The notes under the pieces: model-generated | Databases searched by the model: none | Seen by the model: the letters and a program-made list of their open reading frames with translations, nothing else | Told to the model about the DNA's origin: nothing | Source of the DNA: Eledone cirrhosa | Lineage: Eukaryota | NCBI GenBank assembly: GCA_964016885.1 | Contig: OZ024743.1 | Location: 74,028,001-74,092,000, forward strand | Direction of reading: 5' to 3' | Length of the DNA stretch: 64,000 nt | Made by a program: the position numbers and the translations under genes | In this document: piece by piece, positions 1 through 9,887 of the stretch | Position numbering within the stretch: position 1 is the first letter of the stretch | Layout of the letters: each line of letters opens with the position of its first letter

Positions 1-109
1 AGAGAGTCAGGCATACAGACAGATATTATGAAGGCGCGACGTCATATCTATGTATATATCTAAAAAGAGAAAGACTAAGAGAAAGAGAAAGAGATCGCTA
101 AATCGCCTA

Positions 110-269
110 TTGCGGTCCCTAGGGCATTGAAAATTTGAAATTGTTTTTGCTCAAAACACTTCAGGGGTCATACGAGTTACATGTATAAAGTTTGAAAAAA
201 ACCGGTTGGGTACTTCTCGAGTTTTAGGGAAACAGACACACAGACATCCTCTGTTTTATATATATAGAT
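110..269 (-). mobile_element. Non-autonomous Helitron-like (Lep1/HINE-style) 5' terminal fragment
   Basis: Minus strand begins ATCTATATATATAAAACAGAGGATGTCTGTGTGTCTG...CAACCGGTTTTTTTCAAACTTT, resembling the TC-start, TA-run, GTCT-microsatellite layout of invertebrate non-autonomous Helitrons. No 3' CTRR end identified; the left boundary is approximate. Confidence 0.4.
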
Positions 270-334
270 ATATACACGTGTAACGCAAACAGAAATAACA
301 AATCAAAGACACAGATATATACATATATTTTTAT

Positions 335-339
335 ATACG

Positions 340-412
<73 letters not shown>
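335..412. repeat. (CA)n/(TA)n microsatellite at the left junction of the Penelope-like element
   Basis: Directly visible dinucleotide runs abutting the pLTR at 411. Confidence 0.95.
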
Positions 413-416
<4 letters not shown>

Positions 417-863
417 AGATTTGAATGGATACAGTTTAGTTGAAAGGAATTTATTGACACGTGTTTCTATAACAGTTACATAACCTAAAACAGCTATCTA
501 CAAACTTTTAGTTATGCAGACATTCAATATTTCAATGTTATTATTTACTGTCATTTCATCAGAATAATATTACTGAGGACCTATTTAGTTTTTATAGAGA
601 ATATTAGGAGGGAGGGGTGAAGTTGTTAGAAGAATAGTTGAAGGAGTGGTTTTTCGATAGCAGTGAGAATTCTTGGTGGCAGTGAGTAATTAGATTCCCA
701 TCTGTTGTTTTGACATTTTTTATAGAATATATTATTGGTTATTTTTCTAAATCTATAGAAGGATTAGAGATAGTAAAGATATGCGTGGTTGGTTTTGTGT
801 TTGCACTTAACATTCAGACTTAAATTTTTCTTTCAAGTGTAGTATTCTTTCACCCACGCATTC
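411..863 (-). repeat. 3' pseudo-LTR of the PLE (arm 1 of the 453-bp inverted repeat)
   Basis: Reverse complement of 3538-3990; only one mismatch noticed (about 646/3755). Confidence 0.95.
451..567 (-). ncRNA. Type I hammerhead ribozyme motif with long stem II (sense to the PLE ORF)
   Basis: TTATT-CTGATGA-a-ATGACAGT...ACTGTTAT-a-GAAA-CACGTG-TC-AATAA; mirror copy of 3834-3950. Confidence 0.7.
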
Positions 864-1116
864 ACACACAAATATATTTGCACACCTCTACAAAATACAT
901 ATACTCACAATTCACATATTCATACTTACATATATATACACATGCATACACATATATATACACACATGTATTCATGTACATACATACGCGCTCATGTGTA
1001 TACATTTTCATACTCAACTTATCTTTATATATACACACGTATAGACACACACATATATACATACATACTCTAGTCCATGTGTACACACATACACATACAT
1101 ACACATCCACATACAC

Positions 1117-1189
<73 letters not shown>

Positions 1190-1365
1190 CATATATACAT
1201 ATATATATATACATATACACACATACACATATACACACATACACACACACATATATATATATATAAGCACTTTAATACATGAATACACTTACATCTAACT
1301 ATACACATCAAACATATATATATATTTACTTATTTATATACATTTTCACATATATATACATACTT
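864..1365. repeat. Degenerate CA/TA low-complexity tract within the PLE 3' UTR
   Basis: Visible; the source of the spurious YI/HT/CV ORFs here. Confidence 0.85.
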
Positions 1366-1534
1366 ATGGACGTTTTTAGACACATTCATTATCGCATATT
1401 TGTACCTATTCTCATCAGCATATCTTTTCATTATTAGTATGGTAATTTAAGGTTATTAATATATGTTGAGAAGAGATTGTTTTTATATTTTTCTAACTAG
1501 ATTAAGATTTATATAGTTGGGGGATGTCCCTCTT

Positions 1535-3540
1535 TTATGTAATATTCTGCTTGTAGTGGGAAAAAAGGGTTTTAGTTCTGTGACGGCAGAATAATGTTCG
1601 TTCAATTCTGTTATTCAGCAGTTTCTTCTTGTGTGTGATTATGTAATAAATCTCAAGATTACACAATTTGCAGAAATTTTGGCTCCTGGAAAAGCTTTGG
1701 GTTTTAGCTAATTTTTCCCATTTTAGGGTAAACTTTTGATTGCTATCCCTGAGCGTCCAAGCTTTTTCTGCTAAAGTTGTTACATTTCTTTGGCTCTGGT
1801 GTTTTATTGAGTAAGAATGCCTATACAATCGAGATTTAAACGATGTTGCCGTTGATCCCACGTAATACCACTCGTTGCCTCCGGATTTAATGGTACACTT
1901 ATAAATAATATTTTTTTCCAGGCAGTTATTGCCGAGGGGGCAGTTGTCAGGATAGGTGCAGTTACAGTTGTGTACGTTGGGTTTTCTCTGGAGTAGTATT
2001 GCGGACGAACTTAGGTGTGATTTATTTATGTTCTGTAGTGTATTGTCTACTGTTTTTTTGGGGTTCTTTGTACTTAAGTTCTTAGTGTTTTCGTTTAACC
2101 TTCTAGTATTGATCTTTTTTATGTGTTGTTCAAGGTTTAACGCTGTAGAGTATGACAGTCTTATAGTGGTAGGGTTTAGGATTTTGTGGTATTTGTGTGA
2201 TGTGGGAAAATGTCTTTTAATTATTTTAAAGAAGAGTACTGGTAAATTTGTACTAATGGAGCTATTGTATTCGGGGTTATACCATAAGTACTCTTTGCAT
2301 CGCTTTCTATTAGTTTTGTTTGTTGGTTTACTGGTGTGCATACTATGGTAGTAAGTGTGGTTTGGTGTTGTGTTATTATATCTACCTATGTGGGATTTAT
2401 TTTGGGTGTTTTGATTGTTCCCATCTATGTACTCTATTTTGTTGAGGTAGCCTGCTTTAGTAAGGGCGTTATCGTAGTACTCGGCGTGTTCCTTAAATAC
2501 TTGTATGTTAGAAGATAGACCCGAGATTCTAAGGGAAATATTTTTAGGGATAGATTTAATTATAGAGATGGGGTGGTTAGACCCAACATTTACGTATTTG
2601 AGATTTTCATTCAATTTATGAAACGGTTTAATCAAACCAGAGTTTAAATTGAGTGTGACATCCAGGAAGTTAACTACTTTAAGGTTGTATTCATATGTTA
2701 TAGTTAGTCCTATTTCGAGTAGTAGTTTTCTTATATCTTTGCGTAGTTTTTCTAGTTTTTGGTTATTAAGGTTTTTAGCTAGGAGGAGAACATCGTCGCG
2801 GTATATTCCGCCGTGGAGATTGCTGAATTTTTCCTGGAGTCTAAAGGCGATAAATAACCCCACGATATCAGTTATTTCCGCCGAATCGTTAGAGCCCATT
2901 GTTATGTCAAAGTTAGAGGGTCTATCTTTACGTACCCAATAACTGTTCTCAAATTTGACTATAGTTTTCCTAGCTTCTAATATAATCTTAATTTCATCGT
3001 TTGTAAGGTCAGAGTTATCCTTAGCAAACTTAATGGCTCTATTCAAAGTTTCAGGTGATATCGATGAGTAATATTCATCGATATCAAACTGGATAAACTT
3101 AGATTTATTCTTATTGCTAATGCTATTAAACCATCTTATTGCTTCTTGGGTCTTCCCCCAGAGTTTAATGTTAACCTTAGCCTTAATTTGGGGGATGATT
3201 CTATCTAAGATATATTTGCTTATTTTACCTATATCTGATTTAGAGGGGCAGATTAATCTAATTTTAGGGTCATTATCAAAGTTTACCTTGTGGTCCTTAA
3301 GATTGAAGGTGGGTACCGCCGGTAAGAGTGGTCCTGTCCTATCTTCGATTCCGAGATTTTTCACTATTTCGCATGCCTCATCATTGATGTGCTTAAGTGT
3401 TACTTCACTCGTTTTTCTATATTTTTTATGTAATTCTTTTCGAATGAAGTTGTTGTATGTAGTGCAATCCATAGTGTACAGGTTTGATGTTTTGTCCGCT
3501 TTTACTACAATTCCTTTGGTGTTTTTAAGGTCGTCCAGAA
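1535..3540 (-). CDS. PLE polyprotein: reverse transcriptase + Cys-rich linker + GIY-YIG endonuclease (N-terminally truncated)
   Basis: 645-aa ORF (1535-3472), open upstream to the inversion junction as ILDDLKNTKGIVVKADKTSNLYT (DKT form of the PLE DKG motif). RT motifs FDIDEYYSSI, TMGSNDSAEI, IYRDDVL, VNFLDVTL; thumb SNHP; CNC-x5-CPL-x3-C linker; IIYKC...YYVGS...R...H GIY-YIG; C-terminal CKLC...LLN.R.E...CRH. Confidence 0.93.
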
Positions 3541-3990
3541 TGCGTGGGTGAAAGAATACTACACTTGAAAGAAAAATTTAAGTCTGAATGTTAAGTGCAA
3601 ACACAAAACCAACCACGCATATCTTTACTATCTCTAATCCTTCTATAGATTTAGAAAAATAACCAATAATATATTCTATAAAAAATGTCAAAACAACAGA
3701 TGGGAATCTAATTACTCACTGCCACCAAGAATTCTCACTGCTATCGAAAAACCATTCCTTCAACTATTCTTCTAACAACTTCACCCCTCCCTCCTAATAT
3801 TCTCTATAAAAACTAAATAGGTCCTCAGTAATATTATTCTGATGAAATGACAGTAAATAATAACATTGAAATATTGAATGTCTGCATAACTAAAAGTTTG
3901 TAGATAGCTGTTTTAGGTTATGTAACTGTTATAGAAACACGTGTCAATAAATTCCTTTCAACTAAACTGTATCCATTCAAATCTTTCTAT
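3538..3990 (+). repeat. Inverted 5' copy of the pseudo-LTR (arm 2)
   Basis: Reverse complement of 411-863; joins the truncated ORF directly at about 3538-3541. Confidence 0.95.
3834..3950 (+). ncRNA. Type I hammerhead ribozyme motif with long stem II (in the inverted pLTR)
   Basis: Stem I TTATT/AATAA, core CTGATGA (3839-3845), stem II ATGACAGT/ACTGTTAT enclosing about 70 nt, GAAA (3934-3937), palindromic stem III ACACGTGT, GUC cleavage triplet. Confidence 0.7.
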
Positions 3991-4097
3991 TTTTCTCCGG
4001 ATTACTTTTGGAACTACAACTGGAACCGTCGAGCAAACTCTACGTGAGCTGATAATCTACTGTGTGTAATATTTATATTACAACACAACGGAAAATA

Positions 4098-4100
<3 letters not shown>

Positions 4101-4172
<72 letters not shown>

Positions 4173-4180
4173 CGCGCGCA
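4101..4180. repeat. Compound (TA)n-(TG)n-(CG)n microsatellite
   Basis: Directly visible. Confidence 0.95.
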
Positions 4181-5160
4181 TATGTAGGTATATGAGACGC
4201 AAGCTGAAACCACTTGGCGCTGCACAGTCGGCATTTCATACACACACGAACACTCCGACACTCTCACACACACACACACACGCGCGCACGCGCGCGCGCA
4301 CATATATATATTTAAAAAAAAAGGAAAAGAATGACTTCACTTGTAGTTCTAACTAAACAATTTCATTTTATAATATAATTTTGCTATTTGGTTTTGTAGA
4401 TCTGGTATGTTCTTTGTTAACTTCGGTGGAGAGATTTTTTTAAAGATTCCTGGTTAACTTTCCTGGCGAACTTTCCCGCATTCGTCGGTGGCGATTGTCA
4501 AACTGAGATTAGATTGTGTTGAGATGTGTGACTCTATATATAAGAGAGATTTAGGTGTGTCTGATGTGTGCTGTTAATGAGTGTGGGAGTGAAGATGTGT
4601 TGATGAAGATTTAAAGGAATTAAAACATATATATATACACAACAGGTGAAAGAAAATAGTGAATGGTAAAAGCAAGATAACTGATTGAGAGTGAAGTTGG
4701 GGTGTTTAACGAGTGTTTTAGAAAGGGGTGGTAAAAGTGCCCTCGAGCTGGTTACATTTCAATGGACGACTTTTGGTGAATAAAATGTAATGGCCAGATG
4801 CTTTTCAAATTCTTCAATTTATAAAGAAAAACTTCAACAATTTTCTATATTAAGATAAATTTGGGTGTGTGCCTGGGGGTAGGGTAATGAGGTGTAAGAT
4901 ACATGTCTTTTGATAAAAAGAGGATGGCAGCAAAGAGAAAAATAAGGTTAGTTTTGGAATATTTGTTAATAGAAATGTATGTTGTTGATATTGGTTTGGA
5001 AGGGGTGGGGGAGGATCATGCTAGCTCACATATTTACTTCCCTACATATAAACATACATACAATCCATATTCATATTCTTGTTCATACATACCCATATAT
5101 TTACACATGCACATGCACTCACACACACCCACATATATATATACATATATATACATATTT

Positions 5161-5296
5161 GTCCTTATCATTAAAGAATGAGAAAACCCTGTTGACTTGC
5201 GCTTCTTGTTTTTACATTACTCCGGAGTAAACAGACCAGCATGTGCTCTTCGTTGAGTGCTTCAACCTGCATACTGAAGTGTCGGTAAACAGCCAA
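5161..5296 (+). repeat. About 135-bp dispersed repeat, inverted relative to 6787-6922
   Basis: TCCTTATCATTAAAGAA...GTCGGTAAACAGCCAA matches the reverse complement of 6787-6922 with scattered substitutions; contains the palindrome TTACTCCGGAGTAA. Confidence 0.85.
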
Positions 5297-5329
5297 AATT
5301 ATATATATATATATATATATACATATATA

Positions 5330-5972
5330 GAAGTGGTTACACAACAGTTAGTTCACCATACCGAGAACAATTGTTTCACCTTAGCGGATCCTCAGCTCGT
5401 AATGGACATGGTTATACGGAACAGGAAGGACAACCGTACGAACGTGCATGCGCAGAAACGATGACTTCACACAGGCAATACTAAATTGCGTGCGAGAGGT
5501 GTAAGGAAGATAACTGCGAAAGACCGAAAATTTCTAGTTGATAAGAAAATTAGGATGTTGTTGTAATTCAATCCGGAGCTTTGTAGTTATATAAGAGGTG
5601 TTTCCAGATGTGTGGACAACGTGTGAAGAATTCATTTCTCGTGTTTAGGCAATCACTATTGCGTGATCTCTTTAGAATATTTATTCGACGGACTGCCCCT
5701 TGCGTATGGCTTGGACTTAGTGATGGCTTTCCATTGAATGGAGTAGTCTATACTTGAGTCCTTGAGGGACCATACGTGGCTCGCGAGTTTCGTGGATGAA
5801 CGTCTGTCCGGGTACCTAAAGGTCGACTGGTGGTTCAGGAAGCGTTCCTTACATCGGCCCTCCGCCATACCCACATAGGATTTGACCTCCTGTGGTTGAT
5901 TTAGTCGGTTGGAAGTGACCACAGCTTCATAAACTACAGCGGGTGTGTAGCATTGATGTTGAAGGGGACAAG
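5330..5972 (-). mobile_element. Second Naiad-type PLE 3' fragment (GIY-YIG remnant + 3' UTR with hammerhead)
   Basis: CPLQHQC...VVYEAVV...[21 protein letters not shown]...[12 protein letters not shown]...IQWK, then after a deletion/frameshift CLNTRNEFFTRCPH. Bounded by (TA)n on both sides. Confidence 0.85.
5362..5399 (-). ncRNA. Minimal type I hammerhead ribozyme motif
   Basis: CGAG-CTGAGGA-tCCgctaaGGt-GAAA-CAATTG-TT-CTCG: stem I CGAG/CTCG, palindromic stem III, downstream of and on the same strand as the GIY-YIG remnant. Confidence 0.75.
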
Positions 5973-5997
5973 CATATATATATGTATATATACATAT

Positions 5998-6038
<41 letters not shown>

Positions 6039-6053
6039 TATATATATATACAT

Positions 6054-6129
<76 letters not shown>

Positions 6130-6176
6130 ACATACATACATTATATACATATATACATACACATTATCCAGATATA

Positions 6177-6241
<65 letters not shown>

Positions 6242-6246
<5 letters not shown>

Positions 6247-6520
6247 GATGAAATCGAAAATGAAACTGGAGTCTTATTTTTTTTTAAATATATATATTTA
6301 TTTGGTTCCTTTACCGGTTTCGCAGTTCTTCTGCTTTTCAAAAGTAGAGTTGAGATGGAGGGTCTGTGGTTTTTCTCACATCTGTGAGAAAAATCACAGA
6401 CCCTCCATCTCAACTCTACTTTTAAAAAGGAAAAGAACTGCGAAACCGGTAAAGGAACCAAATAAATATATATATATATTTTTAAATAAGACTCAAGTTG
6501 CATTTTCGATTTCATCTTTT
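6242..6520. repeat. Near-perfect palindrome (foldback, arms about 138 bp, 2-nt centre)
   Basis: Centre CTCACA-TC-TGTGAG at about 6381; arms pair out to GATGAAATCGAAAATG / CATTTTCGATTTCATC. Confidence 0.92.
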
Positions 6521-6591
6521 TTTCTTTATACTTTCACTCGTGTAGGACACCTCGGTTATTTTTTATTTTGTGAAAAAAACCTCACTTTCTA

Positions 6592-6694
<103 letters not shown>

Positions 6695-6741
6695 CATACA
6701 TACATTATATACATATATACATACACATATACACATATATA

Positions 6742-6772
<31 letters not shown>

Positions 6773-6786
6773 TATTTTGAGTATGT

Positions 6787-6922
6787 GTTGGCTGTTTACC
6801 GACACTTCAGTATGCAGGTCGAAGCATTCAACGAAGTGCACATGTTGGTCTGTTTACTCCGGAGTAATGTAAAAAGAAGAAGCGTAAGTCAACAGGGTTT
6901 TCCCCTTCTTTAATGATAAGGA
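6787..6922 (-). repeat. Inverted partner of 5161-5296
   Basis: Reverse-complement match; directly adjoins the PLE RT fragment. Confidence 0.85.
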
Positions 6923-6924
6923 TA

Positions 6925-7467
6925 TCCAGAAACGGTAGTTCCTTTGCATTACATTCCATTGTAAATTTTATTGCTTCGTGAAGCCTGTTTGTGATGGAAT
7001 GGAATCTTCTTGTCTTCTATTCCAGAAGATGAAGCAGTCGTCTAGATAACGTTTCCAGCTGTTATTAATGTAGGTGACGACGTCGTGACTGAGTGTTTCC
7101 TGCAGCTGGGAATACAATTTTGCCTCTAGGTAACCCATAACGAGTGTTGCATATGTTGGGGCTAGTTTGGTGTCTATTTGTAAATACAGTTCGTTATCAA
7201 AAAGGGAGTGGTTGCTCTCCAGTACTAATTTGAGTCCTTCCAAAATAAACTTTTTGGGGAATCTCTCTGAAATGTAGTCTGGGTGTTTTTTAATCCAGAT
7301 GTCAACAGCTTCAATTCCTATGACATGTGGGATGTTAGTATATAAGTCTGTCCCGTCAAGCTGGCTAAGATTGTGTCTTAGTGTACTTTCTGGAGGATAT
7401 AGTTCAGGAATTCCATATCATCTTTGATGAAGCTTGCCTCTTTTTTAATAAGGGTTTCAGTATGATT
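6925..7467 (-). pseudogene. Degenerate Penelope/Poseidon-like RT fragment
   Basis: IILKPLLKK...SFIKDDMEFL...LYTNIPHVIGIEAVDIWI...ILEGLKLVLESNHSLFDNELYLQI...TKLAPTYATLVMGYLE...WKRYLDDCFIFW, with frameshifts. Confidence 0.85.
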
Positions 7468-7664
7468 CCCCTATTGGGGAATTTATTTTGTTATATTTAT
7501 GCATAGTTTATTTTATATTTTTATATCTTCATTGTTAAATTAGTCTTGCCATTGTGCACTTTTACTCAACCCTATTTTAAATCGCCACTGTCTGTGTCTT
7601 TGTATTGTCCCCTACATGTGGGACCTTGTGGCCAATAAATGAAATCATTTTTATTATTATTATT
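7468..7664 (+). mobile_element. 3' end stub of a LINE related to the downstream Tx1-like element, with (ATT)n tail
   Basis: Shares CCCCTATTGGG.AATTT, GTATTGTCC and CCTTG.GG..AATAAA.GAAATC-(ATT)n with 12148-12320. Confidence 0.7.
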
Positions 7665-7836
7665 GGTCTGTTCGGACGTCTTTTGCTCGCTCCCAGTAAG
7701 TCGCTTTATTTACCTGTTATAATTATTTGTTGTTTAATTTTTCTTGTTGTGTAAGGGATATAAGCCCTTGGATTTTGCCCTGTGAAGGGGAAACTATAAT
7801 ATTTGAACATTTTACTTTGAAAAATTAAAAACAAAT

Positions 7837-9780
7837 CATGGCTGACAACGGCGTAAAAGTTGACAGGAGGGTTACAGAAATTGATACAACAAACACCACC
7901 ACAAACAACGTGAACAAAGACAACAACACTGAGAACACTATTTTTTAAAAAAATTACCACACCAACTACAACAATAAGAGCGACAACCAAAATACAGACA
8001 ACAGAAAAAAATGTCAACACTGAAAATATAAGTAATAGCAATGGTAATTATTTAGATTTGTCACATATAAACATGAATTTCCCGCCATTACCAATGTCTA
8101 CAAGTGTTAAAGCCGTCATCCCCACCACCACAATGTTAAAAAAAGAACAACCACCACTACTGATACCACCACCACCACCACAGCAACAACTGAAACAAAA
8201 AATAAATTGTTTTCTCGTGATATCGAAATGGATTCTCCGAAAATCGACTCCTCCACGCCGAACGCCACTGACACCACCACAACTGAAACTAAAAATAATA
8301 ATAACAAAAATAACAATAACAACAACAACAACAATAAGAATAACATCAACAACATCAACACCCGCGCAAAACCAAATGTGTCATTTGCTAAAGCGGAAAA
8401 CAAATATGAAACGGTTGAGGTAAGCCAGGAAGAATTGAAAGAAGCAAAACGAATGGTAAAAAAATATGGTTACAGGGTCAGCCCCATCTAATACCATGGA
8501 GCATCGGCGCCTATGCACCGCGTCATATCGGACGATAAATATTAAAACGCGCCGAGTGGAACGGGCATCGGAGTCCCAGATACAAAAAGCTTTGGGACAT
8601 GTGTGGGCTCAAAAACCCACATCAGACGTGGGCAAAAATATGGAACCGTGGACGTGTTCTTTGGAACCCTACAGAAAGCCAGAGAGCACTCCATGGCCCC
8701 ATTAAAAAGTGATGATTCACACTCGTCCCAAGCTATTGTGGTCAGAGGTTGGTAAGGATCAGGATGACCCAGGTTCCGCCGGCCATCGAAATTCCCTGGA
8801 TAATGGCTGCCGTCCTCACCGACATCGAGGCCGACACTAAAGTAATTGAGGTGATAAAAGTAAAGCAGGAGAACTTGTCCGGATCTGGAATGGAGCTCCT
8901 GATCCAAGCGGACCGAAAAAACATACAGGAAGTTCCAGAGGTGATAGACCTTAATGACGGCAGCCACCTCACCGTAATCGTTAAGGGTAGAAGGCCTAGG
9001 TGTGTCGGTTGTGGCGAAGGAACCCAACTTTCTGCCCGCAGGCTAAAAAGTTCACCTCTCCTACCCACCCCAGTGACTCAACCATCAAAACCAGCATCAG
9101 AAATAGCTGCAACAACTGTAGCAGCAACTGTAGCAGCAACAGTAGCAAAACCAACACCACTACCACCCATCGTGCCAGAATTAGCCACAGCACCTCCGCC
9201 ATCGGCCACGTCTCCACCATCCATCACGCCACAACCAAAACCAACGCCTTTGGAGGAGATTGTGACGACAGGGAGGAGTGGGAAACTCTATCTGGAAAAA
9301 AGAAAACAAAAAGAAACCAAAAAAGAAAAGAATCCTCTTCCTTCCCCCTCCAAAAACAGAATGCAGAGCGAAACAAACAAATAAACTAACAAAAGAGTTA
9401 AGACAGCTATGTCACCACCCATACCAGCATCACCAGCCCCATCACCATAAACACCAACACCATCACCAACACCACAAAAGTCACCAACAAGCGAAACAGA
9501 AACAAACCCACAACAAACTCAAACAAAACAAAGCAACCAAAACGATGCACACTACACAGCATTAAATTTGAACAACAAACAATTATTACACTACACCCAA
9601 CACAACACCAGCATCACAGAAAAAGACTATACAACACCCCAACAATTCACACCACCCCCACACATACAAATCACTCGCATCACACAGAAAACGTACACGA
9701 CACTAAAATTAAAATTCCCCAAGGACATCGAAAACTTCCGACAAACACAGAGGATTTATAAAGAGGAGGATTTATAAAGA
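7837..9780 (+). pseudogene. Disrupted ORF1 (gag-like) of the LINE
   Basis: Asn/Thr/Pro-rich pieces in several frames; VRIRMTQVPPAI...VIVKGRRPRCVGCGEG(frameshift)CPQ resembles an ORF1 zinc knuckle. Boundaries approximate. Confidence 0.55.
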
Positions 9781-9887
9781 CATCCTTCCAGAGGAGGCCA
9801 CAAACAGTGAGAAGGACGGAAAACCATCCTTCCTCCACAAGAAGTGAGGCAAGTGGTCTTTCTCATCTTTTTCCACTCCTTTTCAAC

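Larger units (their letters stand above)
411..4100 (-). mobile_element. Penelope-like retroelement (Naiad-type), 5'-truncated, with inverted pseudo-LTR, inserted in (TA)n
   Basis: RT + GIY-YIG ORF flanked by a 453-bp inverted repeat (411-863 / 3538-3990), each copy carrying a hammerhead motif. The right copy extends about 110 bp further to 4100. (TA)n runs lie on both sides. Confidence 0.9.

Noticed and set aside
1535-3540. Selenoprotein-type Naiad (in-frame UGA read as Sec)
   Set aside because: The ORF is open with ordinary Cys codons at the conserved positions; no in-frame TGA is needed and no SECIS was recognised.
1956-3551. Plus-strand ORFs of 60-145 aa
   Set aside because: Antisense shadows of the PLE ORF with no recognisable motifs. 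The same applies to 12687-13322 over the mariner.
411-3990. DNA transposon with 453-bp TIRs, or a DIRS-like element
   Set aside because: The enclosed protein is PLE RT + GIY-YIG with no transposase or tyrosine recombinase, and one arm truncates the ORF, which fits an inverted pLTR.
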